This document shows positions 1 to 12,175 of a stretch of 64,000 bases of DNA, piece by piece. The DNA comes from Callorhinchus milii (taxonomy: Eukaryota): NCBI RefSeq assembly GCF_018977255.1, contig NW_024704742.1, positions 79,052,001-79,116,000 of the forward strand, written 5' to 3'. Position 1 is the first letter of the stretch. Each line of letters begins with the position of its first letter. The notes under the pieces were generated by a model. The model was not told where the DNA came from. It did no database searches and saw only the letters and a list, made by a program, of their open reading frames with translations. The position numbers were made by a program, and so were the translations under genes.

Positions 1-425
1 AAATGAAGATTGCCAATATGTTTCTGTATCACTTCATCAAATTGTTTCAAAGCACTTCATAGGAATTACTGTAAAGTGTGACTGTGTATTTGTAGGCAAA
101 CACAGGAGCCAATTTGCACACAGCAATGTCCCACAAACAGCCATAAAACAAATTATGAATTATCAATTTTTCTCTGCAAGATTGTTGGACAGGATACTGG
201 GAGAAGATCCTTTCTGTTTTCCAATAGTGGAGGCTTTAATAACCAACTGAATAACTGAGCTTGATTTAACGCCTCATCTGAAGGATGGCACCTCTTACAA
301 TGCAACGCTCCCAAGCACTGTATTGAAGTGTCAGCCCGGACTTTGTGAGCTTAATGTCCTGTTATGGGGCTTGAACAGACAAACTTCTGACTCAGAGTCA
401 AGAGTGCTACTACCTGAGCCAGGAT
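1..425 (-). mobile_element. Old tRNA-headed Deu-domain-type SINE (SacSINE1/AmnSINE1-like), near full length, diverged
   Basis: Minus strand reads TGGCTCAGGTAGTAGCACTCTTGACTCTGAGTCAGAAG..GTTCAAGCCCC (A/B boxes), central GGTGCCATCCTTCAGATGAGGCGTTAAA, then GTTTGTGGGACATTGCTGTGTGCAAATTGGCT and an L2-like tail. Confidence 0.75.
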
Positions 426-1484
426 AACACCATGTTCTTTAGTGACACCACGAAAGCCACCAGTAACATTTCCACCCAGAAACTTAACTGCCACTGAGAG
501 AGTTAATTTGCAAGACTCAGTGTATAGAATTCCTCATTATTTAGAATTTCCACTGAGCCTTGGAACTCTACTCTTGAAGTACGTTATGTTGTAGCGGAGA
601 TCCTGAGGGTGAGTATGATGCATTAATGGTTACTGGAAGGAATGTCCACTTGTGTGACTCGTATTCCTAATTTTACCAAATTTTGCAAATTAGATCCTGT
701 GATCAATCACTCTGTAAGTGAAGATGAAGCCCATTCCAATCCCTTAACAACACTGTTTCTCTACTCACATAAAATCATTTAGGTAAAGGCAGCTATCAAC
801 CCAAAATCTTCACATCTTTTGATGGCAATGTGGAAACTGTCGAGGAGGAGAAATTCCATCCATCTATATTGAAGCTATTTTTGTAGCATTTCAATGTGCA
901 GCTGTTGCAAATTGTTGAAGTCAGTCTTTACTTTGAACCTAGTGTTCTGTGGAACTTAACAGAATTTACAAATATTAAATCCAACTTGAAAATGAAGACT
1001 GTGTTTAATGATTTGCCGATATCTGGACTCTCTGAAATTCTAAGAAAATGGAGAAAACCTAGACCCATGTGCAATTTCTCTCATTATGTGCTAACACTGA
1101 GTGTGCATAAAATATTCACAGACCTAAATTTTTGAAAAACATCAATGTAAGTTTAGCATAAAAAGTTTTCAATGTTAAGACTTTTGTTCTTAATTTGCCT
1201 GAACAGTCATGCAAAAGTTCTTTACACTGGTGGTTTGGCTTATTACTATCTCACTTAGTTCACTGCAAGCTATCAAATTTGCTTGTTGACTGATCATAAC
1301 TGCTTTTTAACTGTTTCATTTGAACACATATAATCATATAACCCGGTATTGTACTGGCAGACGACACAGAATTGTAGACAAACAATAACAATAATCCTTA
1401 TGATGAGAAGCAAATATTAAGTTATTTGCTTTAAGAAAAGAATCATTACAAGCTGTTTCTGTCTGTAATGAGCCATACAATCTT

Positions 1485-1790
1485 TAATAATCCTCGCATT
1501 TGATATAGCATCTTATAACGTCATTGAGACATCTCAAAGCTCTTTACAGGATATACTATAAAGTATAAAAAACTATAAAATACTGTGTGTGAAAGACTGG
1601 GTGAAACACGATACAGTTATGCACAGCAGTATCTCACAAATAGCCATGGACTGAGTGACCAATTTATTTGGGGACTGTTGGCCAAGTCGTTGGAGATACT
1701 CCTTTCCCTTTTCGAATAGTGTCAGGGATCTTTAACATCCACCTGTACACGGAGATGGGAACTCAGTTTAGCACCCATCTGAAGGACAGA
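1485..1790 (-). mobile_element. Old Deu-type SINE, 5'-truncated
   Basis: Tail (aataatcctcgcatttgatatagc) plus central gggatctttaacatccacctg, matching the copies at 1-425 and 11160-11555. Confidence 0.65.
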
Positions 1791-2376
1791 TTTATAAGGT
1801 TATAAGGTTTATAAGACAGGCCATATAAACAACAGTGTATATTTATATAGCATCTTTCAGGTCAAGGCGATGTTTCAGAGAACTTCAGACAATTGGCTGG
1901 GAAACCGAGCTGAGGGGGAAGAGAGACGTGGGTGGGGGGAGTCACCAAAAGTACAGTCATAACACAAATATAGTTTAAAAAATTCTGCTTTTTCTCAAAT
2001 GTTGGATGAATATTTATGAAAACTAGTGAAACAGCAGTCACTCTACATAGAGTAAAAATATTCATCAATCTCGGGTCCTCAGTGTTCTACCTGCCGATGA
2101 TCTGTAAGTGGTCATTTTTTAGTGTAGAAGCCAGCCATGATGTGAGAACAAGCTGGCCAGCTAGGCACATAAGCAGTGAACAGGGTTCACACTCCATTCA
2201 CACTGTAAGCAAACCTACCTTGTAACGCGACACTTTATAACAGTGTTCCACTAAGAATCACCTAAAATCTCGATGCATGAGATTGTACACGATTAGCCCG
2301 ACCAGAAAATTGGAGCCTTGATTCATATGTGAAGCCCTCTAAAATGCTTCAGTATGATAAGGTGCTATTATCAAAT

Positions 2377-2746
2377 GTGGAGTTTTGTAGCTCAGTGGTT
2401 AGTGCACTTGGCTCGCAAGCAAGAAAGTTTGGTTGGATTCCCGGCAGGGCAAAATGGTGGGCAAGTTTCCTTACTCCACATACATCTGTTTACCTAGCAG
2501 TAAGTAGGAACCTGGTTATTAATCGATTGGCGGATCGCTTTTCCAGGGATAATAATCCCTCAAAGAAAATAATAATAATGTGCTCACTTAATCCATGATC
2601 TTTGCAAAATTGCTGTGCATAATTGGCTGCTGCATTTCGCCCACAAATATACAGTCAATTCACTTTACAGTATATTCTGTGAAATGCTTTCAGACGTCTA
2701 GAAGACTTGAAAAGCGCTATATCAAATGCAAGGGTTATTTTTTTTT
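2377..2746 (+). mobile_element. tRNA-Ala-derived SINE, intermediate-age long form
   Basis: Head GTGGAGTTTTGTAGCTCAGTGGTTAG; extra GTTTACCTAGCAGTAAGTAGGAACC..CGATTGGCGGATCGC block; tail AAAAGCGCTATATCAAATGCAAGG. Confidence 0.85.
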
Positions 2747-5089
2747 ACAAATAGTAAAATGAGTCAATGCACTATAAATACAACTTGATCAGTTTGGGTA
2801 TTTATTTTCAAAACAAATGAAATGTGTGGCAAATAAATAGAGCAAATGCAAAAAAATATCTCCAATATTTCACCAATTCCATTACTAACAACTATAACCT
2901 GTGCCACTCCACAGTGCAACTTTCTGTGGAAGGCAGATTTCTGCAAAGTTTGATCTGCAATTGTGGCTGCTTTTCTTTGTAGATTCTTGCAATTTAAATT
3001 GCATTTGCTTTAATCTAATGCAGATTGAATTTTGCTATCCCCTCGAGGCATAGGTCAGCCAAATATATCTTCATCCAAGCCATGATCCCCCATCCCAGAT
3101 TTTCTTCTTCCCAGATGGACTTCAAAGACAAAGAGCTATTCTTTCTTCAGCTTGTCTAATTATAATGACCATTCAGCACAAACTGATTTTGAAGTCATGT
3201 TATTTTGTGGAAAAAATTAATGAATGCATTTTAAATTATATAGGGAATATGCAGCACTTGCATTACTAGTTGAAATCCTCACCATGTCAGGATCAGTGGA
3301 TTTCTTCAGTCAATGGATCGTATACAAGTACTTAGACAAGCAGATAAAGCAATGATCCCTTGTGTGCTTCTCCCTGTAATTTAAAGTTCTCACATATCAT
3401 GCTTTTAATGAAGCAAATTTATAAAAAACTCAAGTCGAAGCTTTATTTTGCAAGATCAAGAAGCAATTAACAATATTTTTTGTATATAGCTCGTATCACA
3501 GAATAAAAGGTCAATTTTAATTTCTTTATTTCAGATTTGCACCATTCATACTTTTTTTTCTCTCTAATGTCCTTTGGAATTAACAGTTCCCTAATTTCCA
3601 GTCATTTGTAAAAAGTTTAAAACGTGTTTCAGCTTGCCGTCAAACACCCTCAATCTCTTTTGGTCTATTTCTCGATCTAGGATTTTACAAACTATTAAGT
3701 TAGAAAGGACGATATGGTCTGAAACAAGACTGCCATGATGAAAAAGCCACCAAGTTCACCTGTTCTCACTCACAGACTGTCCAAAAGCAGAGTTGAAAGA
3801 AGCCTAGGAACCGTTTTCCCACCTTATCTTTATGCCGGTGATATTATTTATGAAATTAACAAAATTGCGTTATGTTGCAACTTTATCTTAAAATAAACAA
3901 AATGCATTTATGCAGTGCCTTCCATATAGGGACAATCTCAAAGTGCGTTACTGTGACTATAGTGGATATTGAGCAGAGAGATTGGGGAGTGTGGAGATGA
4001 CACTCCACTTCAGAGGAGGAGGATTATGGTGAGGCAGAAAGAGCAAAGAACATGAAAGGTCTTGAAGCACTTTAGCAAATGCCATCGATTAAAAACTAAG
4101 TGAATAATTAATGGGAAAATGTAGCAGCTAATCTGTACCAGCAATGTGAGCAACAATGACATGGGTTTGGAGAGGAAGAATGAGACAAAATAATCTGTTT
4201 CCTATTGTAAGAGCTCCAGGCATGGCTGAAAACCCGAATTGCAGAAAGAAAGTGTTCCATCCTCATCTTTATTTGTTGGATAAGTAAACCATGTCAGGGT
4301 ATGAAGTGAAGTGTCCAACAGACTCACGTCCCAATCAATCTGAAGCACGAATAGACCCAGCAACAAAAGAGTTCTACATCAATGACAATTAACATTTGAC
4401 TACTCAAGTAAGTGGAGCTGAAAGCTCTCAGTGAATAATCATTTCTTGGCAGTGATGCACGTCCAGCTGTCAGACAAAGGAGACTTGCTCTGACGTAGAC
4501 AATTTCTTTAAATAGGCTATTCATGGCTATGGAGCTCAAGAAAAATTAAGATGCAGTCTCTTATTCAAAATGTCACCAGTCAGAGATAGTTGTCATTCTC
4601 ATGAACATGACTGCTGAATAATTAGACAAGACTCAATGAAATGCAAGGACTTAATGTGAGGGGAGCCACATTAAACTAATCACAGATGTCGATCATATTA
4701 ACCGTTTCGATTTATTCTTAACATACAAGAATGTGATCACTGCAAATACTTGATCACCGCTGAAGAATATGACCATAGCTCTGACTACCCCAAAGCAGCT
4801 GGAGGACAAGTTAAGCTCCTTCACATAATTAAAATCACACACTGAGATTGTAATAGGATTGTTCACTGAAACGTGATTGGAGGTATCAGGAACAAAGAAG
4901 GGTAGGTTGACAAAGCTTATTGATAAACGTCACATTTTAAATTGTACTCTAGCAGCTCCTGCTCTATGTTGTCTTAAAGGGCAGAGGAGCCCAATGAGAG
5001 AGATCACTGTGCTCCACTGTTTTGAAATGAAGATATGTTCATTGCTGAGATGGGATTCAAGGAATAGTAAGGTGAAAAATTATAACCTC

Positions 5090-5230
5090 AGAACCAAAGA
5101 GCCATAGAAAAGTGCAGTACATAAGAAGCCCATTCAGCCCATCGTGTACGTGCTGGCTCTTTTAAAGAGCAATCCTTTCAGTCCCATTTACCAGCCTTTT
5201 CCCCCATACACTTGTAGTTTAGACTTCATT
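5090..5230 (-). mobile_element. CR1 LINE 3' end remnant
   Basis: ccatagaaaag..gaagcccattcagcccatcgtg resembles a CR1 3' UTR in antisense orientation. Confidence 0.5.
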
Positions 5231-5352
5231 TCTTGATTCGTGTTAATTATTCGCAATAAAAATAATAATAGTAATAATAATAATCTTTAAATTTGATATA
5301 ACATCAAATTGTCTCAAGACACTTCAAAGTAATCATTATAAAGTGTGGTAAA

Positions 5353-5374
5353 TGTGTATGTATGTATGTATGTA

Positions 5375-5457
<83 letters not shown>

Positions 5458-5488
5458 ATGTATGTATGTATGTATGTATGTATGTATG
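5353..5488. repeat. Compound microsatellite (TATG)n(TG)n(TATG)n
   Basis: Directly visible; explains the HTHT/VCVC ORFs. Confidence 0.98.
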
Positions 5489-5699
5489 AGAACATTGTTA
5501 CTATCGTCTTGCCCACAGTTTGGACACATATCCCTTCCCATCCCTGAGCTAGTGTTAACTTGACAGCCAATTTAAGCACAGCAATGTCAGCTTTTGAATG
5601 CTCAATTTATCTGGAGGATTAACCTGGATCTGGCTAGGAACAGCACATTGTAGATAAACTGAAGGTTAGTACTAAAGATGGACTGTGGATGTGAGTCTC

Positions 5700-6580
5700 T
5701 GTCTCTGTTAGGGCTCATGCACTGAGATGCTACCACGCTAAAAGGATGTGCTATTTCTCCTTGCCTTCGTTAATTGGTCATTCGACATCTGACAAATACA
5801 GGTTTGAGTATGGCAGGGGACAGGAACTCCCTGCGAGCTTCCTGGTGAGTGGCAGAGTTCAGCAGCAAATGTATGAGAACATTGCCGCCATCTTCCTGCC
5901 CACAGTTTGGGCACATATCCCTTCCCGTTGCGCGATGGTTCCACCAGTTGGAGGTGCGGAGCTTGAGCAGCACTTGCTGTTAATCTCCCTGCATACAATC
6001 AAGGTGGATTCCAAGCCCTGGATATGTGAACGTGTGATCACCTTCAAGCAGCTCTCACCCCAAGCCTCAGAGTTTCCTCATAAGTTATTTGACAGACATC
6101 TGCTTCAATGTAGGGAAAGGACAGGACAGCTGGTGATGCACCAGCTACTTTGATGTTCTTGAGGTCCACGTTCATTGTACCAGGTTTACTCAGCACCAAC
6201 TGCTTAATCCATCTTCGTCCTTATGGGTTAGGGTTTGGCAAATAGACCTGTTCATTGTGAGATTCACTACGCCTCCCACGATAATCAGCAACAGGTTATT
6301 GAAGGCAGGACTCACCACCCGTCCCGCAGCCACTTCACTTTTCCTTTACCACAAATCCACCTCATTGCTTGGCTCTGAACTTCGCAAATGTGCCAAGGGA
6401 AACCCCTCTATTGCATTCTCAGGTGCTCAGAGCCATGAAGGAAACCTTTATGGACACCTGTCTTTATAGCACAGGCTTAACCTGCTTTGAGACCTTGATG
6501 TCCTTGAAGAGATACAAAAACACCTTCACAGACTTAAAAGACTGTCCCTCACTCCTTCTCAGTGAACACTGATCAACAGT
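5700..6580 (-). pseudogene. Decayed non-LTR retrotransposon ORF2 C-terminus (post-RT region and Cys/His knuckle); not L2 or CR1
   Basis: Minus-strand translations give FLHGSEHL..EVQSQAMRWICG (YGSE..Q..A.R.I.G-like) and LLKLRTS..CPNCGQED..LIHLLL....HQEARREFL, with stops and frameshifts. Confidence 0.55.
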
Positions 6581-6590
6581 GTCCAAACAA

Positions 6591-6955
6591 ATAATAATAA
6601 TAATCCTTGTGTTTGATATTCACCTTATCACATCATTGAGATGTCTCAAAGTGCTTCACAGAATATATTGTAAAATGGAGTGACTGTGTATTTTGTGGAC
6701 GAAACGCAGCAGCCAATTGCACACAGCGTTATCCTACAAACAGGCATGGATTGAGTGATCAAATTTTTTGGGGGTGATATTACCCTCCGAAAAGCAATCC
6801 GCCAATCGACTAACAACAGGGTTCCTACTTACTGCTAGGTAAACAGAGATGTGTGGAGTAAGGGAACTTGCTCAATGTTTTATTCTGCCAAGGAATTGAG
6901 CAAAGGTCCTCTCGCTTGCGAATCAAGTGCTCTAACCACTAAGCTACAGTACCCC
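6591..6955 (-). mobile_element. tRNA-Ala SINE, intermediate long form
   Basis: Reverse complement of the 2377 copy, including the extra central block. Confidence 0.85.
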
Positions 6956-6988
6956 AATAATAATAATAATAATCCTTGCATACATATA

Positions 6989-7016
6989 TTTTGGGGGTCA
7001 GTCGGATGGCAGACAC

Positions 7017-7051
<35 letters not shown>

Positions 7052-7595
7052 CCTTGCATTTAATATAGCGCTTTTCACGTCGGGAGGACATCCCAAAGCG
7101 CTTCACAGAACACACTGTAAAGTGAATTGACTGTATATTTGTGGGCGAACGCGGCAGCCAATTACGCACAGCAATGTCCCACAAACAGTTGTAGATTGAA
7201 AATGACCAATTTATTATTGTTTTTGGTTTTGGAGTGATTATTATTAGGCGTGTGGAGTAAGGAAACGTGCCCAAGGTTTCGTCCTGCCTGGTCTCTCGCT
7301 TGCAAAGCGAGTGCTCTAACCACTGAGCTACAGGACTCCACATGTGGAGACCCATCACCATGCTTAACAGTATCCAAATCAAAATGTGAATGCATGCTAA
7401 CTATATATGAATAGCTCCTTGTTTGGGTTGGAATGCCCATTCTCTCCCCTGAGGGACACATCGTGATTACCTCATTCCGGAAAGTATTAGATGCAGATGG
7501 GCAAGAGCCAAGGCTTGGGAACTCCAGAGTACGTATTGGGGTACAGCTGGAATTTAACCCACTAAAACTGCATAGCTAACAATTGATATAGCACT
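6989..7595 (-). mobile_element. A-tailed SINE-like family (same as 36041-36705), split by a young SINE
   Basis: 6989-7018 plus 7339-7595 align collinearly with 36041-36335; CACAT is duplicated at 7014-7018 and 7339-7343. Confidence 0.75.
7019..7341 (-). mobile_element. Young tRNA-Ala SINE, full length
   Basis: Near-identical to 50263-50590; long (ATT)n tail. Confidence 0.95.
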
Positions 7596-8991
7596 TTATC
7601 GTGTTAGCTAAACGTCTCACCATGCTTCATAAGATTTAATACTAAAGTATAGTGGCTGTGTATTTTCAAGGTGAATGATACGATACACAATAGAGTTGCT
7701 TTTGTGATGTAATGGAGCCACATACTTACCTTGCATTTGTCCCTCGCCCTTGTACACAAAGTAAAATGTCAGTCGGAGGAGGAAAGCTGTTACGTTGAGT
7801 TTGTCAATGTCCTTCTCAAGTTCCCATGAAATTTCTACCATTTCAGAGATGTGTTACTCTGAATGTACATTATTTCTATTATGCTAAACCTACTAAGGTT
7901 AATTGGAAAATAGACTTCTTCACTAATACAAAACCCTAGCACTGGTGAAACACACAAGAGTGCACACATTGTGAAGGTGAAGGTATTGAAAACATTTGTT
8001 AATTAGAGAACTTCATTTAAATATACAAATAAGGTTGATTTGTTTCTCTCAAAAAACAAAAAAGAGTTCCTTCTTTTTTAATCTCGGAGTGTAAAATAAA
8101 AATAATATATTATATTAGTCATCCTAAAATAGAAAGTAGATGTTAATCAGATTGAATTTCCATAAACAGATTAGAACAAATTCAGAACAGGTTTCGCTCT
8201 GTTGCTTCTGTACTGTCAATGCCCATTATACAAAATACAATATGTGTTTAGAGGCACAAATTCAAGCTTATTGAGCATTTTGTACTGGTAATACTCTAAT
8301 CAAGTCATTTCATACCTGCTGAGATTTCTCATCTCAGCCCATAAGAGTCAGGGGGGCAAGAAATCAAGTCAACATGGAGTCAGATTTAAAAATTACCTGC
8401 TTTTATTATACATAAAAAGTCACATTTAAAAACCATACCACTGGTTTGAGCCAGCCTCAGCGCAGTTCGATTAATAAGTAAAGGGTGACTTGGTCAAACT
8501 AATTTACTATCCTACATGTAATCTGACATTTCCGTCAGAAAGTGTGGCTCTGAGCTGATTCATTGATTCTACTCTTGCTCACAGAGTGTGGAGACCATTG
8601 TTCTTTACTGTAACACTACTCACTCTGAAATCTTGCACAGATGCCACAAACTCAATTTTGAAAAGCTGGTAAGCATTTCTACATCTGATGGTTTAATGCA
8701 ATTTCCCTGGCATGTGATATGCTGGAAGTAATGGGGTTATTAGGCGGCCAGTTGGCTTTAAGACACAATCCCTTCCAAGTGCATGAAAGTAAATAATTGT
8801 GTCACTTGCGCATTCATCATCTAGGGCCCTGTCAGTGAACTTTGATAAACATATTTCAATCGAATCTTAATTGCGGCCATTTGCGCCAAATCTTAATTGC
8901 AGCCAATTGCACAAAGCAGTGTCCCACAAACAGTCATGGATTGTAAATCGGGGCTTAATTTCCCCTCTCCTCCCCTCCATCCTTCTCTCTC

Positions 8992-10177
8992 TCAACAACA
9001 ACAACAACAAGATTCCATTTATAAAGCGCCTTTCACGTCAGGAGGACGTCCCAAGGCGCTGCACAGTTGGGTCATGACCCGAGCAGGGGGGAAATGGTCA
9101 GGGTGAGGGGAGGGAAGGGAGGGAGCAAGGAGGGGGGAAATGGTCAGGGTGAGGGGAGGGAAGGGAGGGAGCAAGGAGGGGGAAATGGTCAGGGTGAGGG
9201 GAGGGAAGGGAGGGAGCGAGGAGGGGGAAGAGAGTCGAGAGGGGAGCTGAAGGCACGGTCAAAGAGAAAGGTTTTGAGACCGGCCTTGAAGGAGGAAAGG
9301 GAGGAGGCGGCGAAGGCACTGGGGGATGGAGTTCCAGAGCCTGGGGCTGAGAGGCTGAAGGCCCGACCACCGATGGTAGGGCGGTTGGGGCGGGGGACGT
9401 GGAGCAGACCAGAGCCAGAGGAACGGAGGGTACGGGCAGGTAAGTAGGGGGATAGTAGGTCTGAGAGGTAGGAGGGAGCAAGGCCGTGAATGGCCTTGTA
9501 GGTGAGGATGAGGATCATGAATTCGATCCTCTGGGGGATGGGGAGCCAGTGGAGGCGAGCGAGGGCGAGGGTGGGAGTGATGTGGTCCCGAAGCCTGGTG
9601 CGGGACAGTACACGAGCTGCAGAGTTCTGAATGACCTGCAGCTTGTGGAGGGAGGTGGCGGGAAGGCCGGCGAGGAGAGAGTTCCCATAGTCCAGCCTTG
9701 AGGTGACAAAGGCGTGGACCAGTGTTTCAGCAGCATGAGGGGTGAGGTAGTGCCGTAGTCTGGCGATGTTCCGAAGGTGATGGAAGGCGGTGCCAGTTGT
9801 GGTGCGGATTTGAGGGAGAAAGGACAGCTCAGGGTCGAACAGAACCCCGAGGTTCCTGACTGGCTTTGAGAGGTGGAGAGTGCAGCCTTGGATGCTGATG
9901 GTGTCGGCGCCTGAGGTGCGGAGGCGCTGACGTGAGCCAATCAGGAGGGCCTCGGTTTTTCGCACGTTGAGCTGAAGAAAGTTGTCTCTCGTCCAGGACT
10001 CAATGTCGGACAGGCAGGCTGTCAGGACATCGGTGGTCGTGGAGTTGAGAGTAGAGGAGGAAAGGTAGAGTTGGGTGTCATCCGAGGGGAGCATATAGAG
10101 GGTGAAGAGGAGGGGACCGAGGACAGAGCCCTGAGGGACACCACATGAGACAGTACGGGGGGTGGAGGAGAAGCCAT
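8992..10177 (-). mobile_element. Young L2 LINE, 5'-truncated (RT C-terminal part and 3' UTR)
   Basis: ORF 9189-10094 has DDTQLY, LQLNVRKTE, RNLGVLFD, SRLDYGNSLL, LQVIQNSAAR, LHWLPI; GVPQGSVLGP upstream; internal deletion before the DD motif; (TTG)n tail. Confidence 0.95.
9085..9226. repeat. Three tandem copies of a 45-46 bp unit in the L2 3' UTR
   Basis: AAATGGTCAGGGTGAGGGGAGGGAAGGGAGGGAGC starts at 9092, 9138 and 9183. Confidence 0.95.
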
Positions 10178-10184
10178 ATCATTG

Positions 10185-10660
10185 GGACCTAGTGGGCTAA
10201 AGACGGCAGTCATTTTATTCCTAATTACAGCGTCAAATTTTGAGCCAATTTACCAATGACAGACATTATCGTGTCATAAACGACGGCAACCATTTTGTGT
10301 GACACTATAAGACGATTGTTAATTGTGGCTTACTTTCCTCTCCTCCTCTTCCCCCTTCTCTCTCTCCTTCTCTCTCTTTCCCCATGTTAGTTGCTGGGAA
10401 CCCAGCGGCTTGAAGAAGCTAAATAGCTGAGACAGTGACTGACAGCGGACATTTTGATACTTCATTTAGTCTCACCAACACAAGCCACTGTGGAATGTGA
10501 ATTACCCTCTTTCCCTTCCTCTCTCTCATCCCACACAGGTCGCTCACTAAAAAGGGGCTAAAAGAGGCTGACACACAATGCGGCGACAGCTGTCGTTCTG
10601 AGACAGTCACTGGGGACTAATTTTGTACTATAAACGACAGACATTTTGTATAACCCAGAA
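10185..10660. repeat. Unclassified CpG-retaining segment with dispersed short direct repeats (possible non-autonomous DNA element)
   Basis: GAC(G/A)G..CATTTT motifs at ~10199, 10277, 10441 and 10631; CTGAGACAGT(G/C)ACTG twice; palindrome CGACAGCTGTCG. Confidence 0.35.
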
Positions 10661-11026
10661 CACCAAAATTTGCTTCAACGAGCTTCTTTGTGACAGATCT
10701 AGATCAGCTTTGTGGTTTTGTGTAATGCTGATGCACAGAAAGTCTAATCTGATATAAATCCATAATATAGCAATCAGTAGCTCTCATGGTGATGTTAAAA
10801 GAATAATGAAACCCTCTTTATTAAAGAAGGAGAAACAAGACTTGGAAGGGCATACTGGGGGCAAGGATTCATCCCATTCAGCTCCTGTTATGAATAATAA
10901 CAGTATTCCTTACATTTGATATAGCGCATTATCATGTCACTTTATATTTTGTGGGTGAAACGCGACAGCCAATTGCGCACAACGGTGTCCCGCAAACAGT
11001 CCTGGAGAAGTAGTGAGAAATTTTGA

Positions 11027-11150
11027 TAGACAGTGCATTCAATAGCAAGCTATGTGATTTTAGCTAGTTAGTGCAATACCCCAATGCATACTCTGGCGTG
11101 CCCAAGCCTTAGCTCTTGCATGAAATACTCTTTTGAATTAGGAATAAGGA
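11027..11150 (+). mobile_element. Fragment of the A-tailed SINE-like family
   Basis: AGACAGTG..CAATAGCAAGCTATGTGATTTTAGCT..CCAAGCCTT is the reverse complement of ~36210-36342. Confidence 0.7.
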
Positions 11151-11159
11151 ATTTGGGTA

Positions 11160-11555
11160 TCAGCCTAGCTAACTTGGCAGCACTCTCACCTCTGAGGCTA
11201 TGGGTTCAAGCCCAATGTTGCAACTTGGAATCAAAAGTCTCATTGACACTCCAATGTAGTGCTGGGAATTTGTTGCTATTTCAGAGGTGCCATCCTTCAG
11301 ATGGAATGTTAAACTGAGGTCCTGTCTACTTGTTCAGGTGGACATTAAAGATCTCATGGCACTATTCAAAAAAGAAAGGAGTTTCTCCTGGAGTCCTGCC
11401 CAACAATCTGCCAAAATAAAATGATCACTCACTTCATGGTTGTTTGTGGGACATTGCTTTGCACAAATGGACTGCCACGTTTTGCCCATAAAATAGTATT
11501 AATCCACTGTACAGTATATCTTATGAAGTCTTTAGGGAAAGATCTTATATCAAAT
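11160..11555 (+). mobile_element. Old Deu-type SINE
   Basis: GCACTCTCACCTCTGAG..GGGTTCAAGCCC head; GGTGCCATCCTTCAGATG..TTCAGGTGGACATTAAAGATCTCATGGCACTATT core. Confidence 0.75.
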
Positions 11556-11756
11556 CTGTAGGAAAAGATGGAGTTTCATAAAAGATACAATAACACATTG
11601 AATAATTATTGCACCTTTTATGAAACATTGCAATTTTTTACCTCAGTATGAGAAAAGTGGGGACAAGGAAGAATTGAAAATCATTGAAAATGATAGAAAA
11701 CTGAAAAAAGAGAAAAGAAAGTTGAGAAAAAACAATATATTGCTGAATATTAGGGT

Positions 11757-12175
11757 GTCAGCCAAGCTTAGTCTGTAGCACTCTGACCTCTGAGTCAGGA
11801 GGTATGTGGGATCACGTCCCATGTTGTGACTTTGCAGTAACAGTCTAAGCTGATACTCCAATGTAGTGCTTAGGATTCTTTATACTGTTAGAAGTATTGC
11901 CCTTAATGTGAACCTTAAGCCAATGTCACTCTGTTTGTTCAAGCGGACATTAAAGATTCCATTGTACTATTTGAAAAGAGAAGGGTTGGTGTCCTGGCCA
12001 ACAATTCTCCAGATAAAATTAATCATCTGTTGGTATTCTGTGGGACATTGCTATGCACAAATTGGCTGCTGCATTCACCTACAAATTATTTGGTCACTCA
12101 ACAGTAAAACTCCCATAAAATGCTTTGAGATGTGAAGACGTGATAAAGTACTATATTAAATTCAATAATAATAAT
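11757..12175 (+). mobile_element. Old Deu-type SINE
   Basis: GTAGCACTCTGACCTCTGAGTCAG head, same core and tail. Confidence 0.7.

Noticed and set aside
5304..5579. His/Thr and Val/Cys repeat ORFs
   Set aside because: Microsatellite translations
9189..10094. 301-aa ORF as a functional RT gene
   Set aside because: 5'-truncated L2 with a deletion destroying YADD and no endonuclease
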